Shown here piece after piece: positions 62,421-64,000 of a stretch of 64,000 bases of DNA; positions within the stretch are counted from its first letter, which is position 1; each line of letters begins with the position of its first letter. This DNA is from Hyphomicrobiales bacterium (GTDB lineage: Bacteria; Pseudomonadota; Alphaproteobacteria; Rhizobiales; RI-29), in assembly GCA_016125495.1 (NCBI GenBank), contig WGLQ01000012.1, forward strand, positions 6,925-70,924. The letters run 5' to 3'. A model generated the notes under the pieces. The model had not been told where the DNA came from. It was given only the letters and a program-made list of their open reading frames with translations, and did not search any database. A program made the translations under genes and the position numbers.

Positions 62421-62579
62421 GTGCCGAGCCTTGACTTGCGCCCCTGACGCCGCCGTCGGCGCCGCCGTGTGTCGCCGGAAGGTTTAGCCGAGGTCGCGCC
62501 CCAGGCAATGCAATTTAAGGCGAACAGGGCCGCTCGTCGTGCCGTCGTGCGTCACGGTGGATACCCGGCCGCCCCCGGC

Positions 62580-63185
62580 TCAGATCACCCGGTGGGATTT
62601 CAACTCGCTGACGCTCGTATGAATGGCCACCGCGATCGCCAGAGCCTCATCGAGCGTGGCCTTGAGGCTCTGGCGCTCGCGCAGCAGCCGGCTCAGTCGC
62701 TCCTGCGCCTCGCCGAGCGCGAAGAACAACGTCTCCGGCGGCTCGGTCGCCCCGTCCTCGATGAGGCACATGACCTCGAATGCGTGCTGCGAAGCGGCCG
62801 TCAAGAGATTCGCGCCATCGCTCACCAGTCCCTGATAGAGCGGATACGATCGTTGCGGAATCTTCAGTCCGTGCACGCCGAAGGCGATCGGCGCCGAGAT
62901 GGCGCCGCGATCGCCGACGAAAATCCGGAAATTGCGACCCATGCGATCGAGTACGTCGACGGCCTCGCTCGCCGTGCGCTCGAGGTCGCGCAGCGCATTC
63001 ATCGACCGCCGGCGATTGGCGTTGGCGACCGCCGGACGCTCGTTCGCGACCCAGTTGATGGCTGCGATCGAGGCGATGGCGCCGAGGGCCGCGATCACCG
63101 GCAGCACCGCCGCCAGTGGGTCGGGGCCGATCCGCGTATCGCGTTCCTCGCCGGGGGCAGCCAAGGGAGAGAGCTGTCGTGTCAC
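62580..63185 (-). CDS. Hypothetical membrane-anchored protein (one predicted TM helix, no recognised domain)
   Basis: About 89 percent G/C at codon position 3 over the 70 codons I counted, matching the genome's coding bias. The overlapping alternative frames are Arg-rich nonsense. The TM segment is LAAVLPVIAALGAIASIAAINWV. Confidence 0.55.
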   Translation of the reverse strand: MTRQLSPLAAPGEERDTRIGPDPLAAVLPVIAALGAIASIAAINWVANERPAVANANRRRSMNALRDLERTASEAVDVLDRMGRNFRIFVGDRGAISAPIAFGVHGLKIPQRSYPLYQGLVSDGANLLTAASQHAFEVMCLIEDGATEPPETLFFALGEAQERLSRLLRERQSLKATLDEALAIAVAIHTSVSELKSHRVI

Positions 63186-63306
63186 ACGCGTCTCCGCTCG
63201 TTGTGCGTGTGCCGTTGCTATAGAAGTGCTCGTGCCGGTTCAAGCGGCCCTTCGGTGTTGTCCGCTATCAGGAATTCGCGAGGGTCTCTCCCGCCCCCGT
63301 TCGAGT

Positions 63307-63876
63307 TCAATCGAAGCTCTCGCCGGCATAGACCCCCCAGAGCTTGGGCTGCTCCACCCAGCCGCGGTAGTCGTCGATCGAAATCTGGCATGTGCGGCCT
63401 GTACATCTCGGCACGCTGACGAGAGAGCCAGCCGTGAGGCGCGCGATGACTTTCGCGCTCGCGCCCTGATCGTCGCGGATCGCGACCGTCTCACCCGTTT
63501 GCCCCTCGCCAGCGCGGGCCCATGGCAGCACCAGCGCCGTTCGCCGCCCGCTCAGCATGCGTGTGTGCACCCATCCGGTCGCCCCGTCGCTGTCGCGGAT
63601 CTGACGCCAGACATCGGCTTCGTCGATGATTTCGACCGGGAGACCGACGCGCCGGAACACCCAGTCGATGGGGTAGTCCTGGCCCGGTCCCCGCCGCACA
63701 TTGACGACGTCGGCCTTGAGGCTGACGAAACGCGGCACCGCGAGACCCGTCTCCCGACCGATGCTGCTGGTCGAGGGCACACCCGACTGCGCATGCGCGG
63801 CTCCGTGCCCGCCGATCAGTGAGGCGAGGGCCGCTAGGGCGAACCCGGCGAGAGCGACTGCGCGGGCCTTCCTCAT
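63307..63876 (-). CDS. Secreted tandem SH3-like domain protein (COG3807 type)
   Basis: Signal peptide MRKARAVALAGFALAALASLIGGHGAAHA, then VNVRRGPGQDYPIDWVFRRVGLPVEII...WRQIRDSDGATGWV and a second SH3-like half. ATG at 63876. Confidence 0.75.
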   Translation of the reverse strand: MRKARAVALAGFALAALASLIGGHGAAHAQSGVPSTSSIGRETGLAVPRFVSLKADVVNVRRGPGQDYPIDWVFRRVGLPVEIIDEADVWRQIRDSDGATGWVHTRMLSGRRTALVLPWARAGEGQTGETVAIRDDQGASAKVIARLTAGSLVSVPRCTGRTCQISIDDYRGWVEQPKLWGVYAGESFD

Positions 63877-64000
63877 GTTCGTCACCCTGGTTCGATTCCC
63901 GACAGCATCGCTTGCTGGTGAGGCAGAACCATGATTTGCCGTTCCCATCAACCGAGGCCTCCCGGCCGCGTTGTGCGTTGTCGTGGCGGAGCGCGATTCG

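Noticed and set aside
62469-63419. A 316-aa plus-strand ORF and a 198-aa minus ORF (62647..63243) overlapping the 201-aa hypothetical gene.
   Set aside because: Both translations are Arg/Gly/Pro-rich and motif-free. The chosen frame (62580..63185, minus) has about 89 percent G/C at third positions and a protein-like composition with a clear TM helix.

Overview
This is a very GC-rich, densely coding chromosomal segment. It looks like an alphaproteobacterium of the Hyphomicrobiales/Rhizobiales type, based on GcrA, a SAM-II-like leader, long-form PstC/PstA and the gene order. GC content was judged by eye, not computed. Nearly all of it is conserved housekeeping. In order: metK (5' truncated), trmB, the rimP-nusA-(YlxR-like)-infB-rbfA-truB-rpsO-pnp expression block, fdhD-mobA-mobB, apbC/mrp, and a complete colinear Pho module (phoR, pstSCAB, phoU, phoB). 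Then gcrA, argD-argF-hslO, argE, an RND efflux pair, trkH, apaG, metZ behind a SAM-II-type riboswitch, panE, hemN, tRNA-Gly(CCC), maeB and sdhB. I saw no transposase, integrase, phage gene, CRISPR array, toxin-antitoxin pair or recognisable defence gene, so I cannot honestly claim a clearly novel system. The least explained loci are listed here. (1) A divergent pair at 32.9-36.8 kb: a secreted FGE-sulfatase-fold protein lacking the catalytic Cys pair and carrying an unrecognised ~350-aa N-terminal domain, facing an Asn/Gly/Arg-rich tandem-repeat protein with an OmpA-type C-terminus. (2) An ArsS-like radical SAM protein with a Cys-rich tail, divergent from a small CDP-alcohol phosphatidyltransferase (51.5-53.3 kb). 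(3) A secreted subtilase-fold protein in which all catalytic residues appear substituted (13.7-14.6 kb). (4) An orphan intrinsic terminator in the long gcrA/argD intergenic region. (5) Unannotatable genes inserted into otherwise conserved operons (infB/rbfA; upstream of sdhB). The many long ORFs antisense to real genes are GC-content artefacts. All domain calls come from reading motifs by eye and no database search was run.
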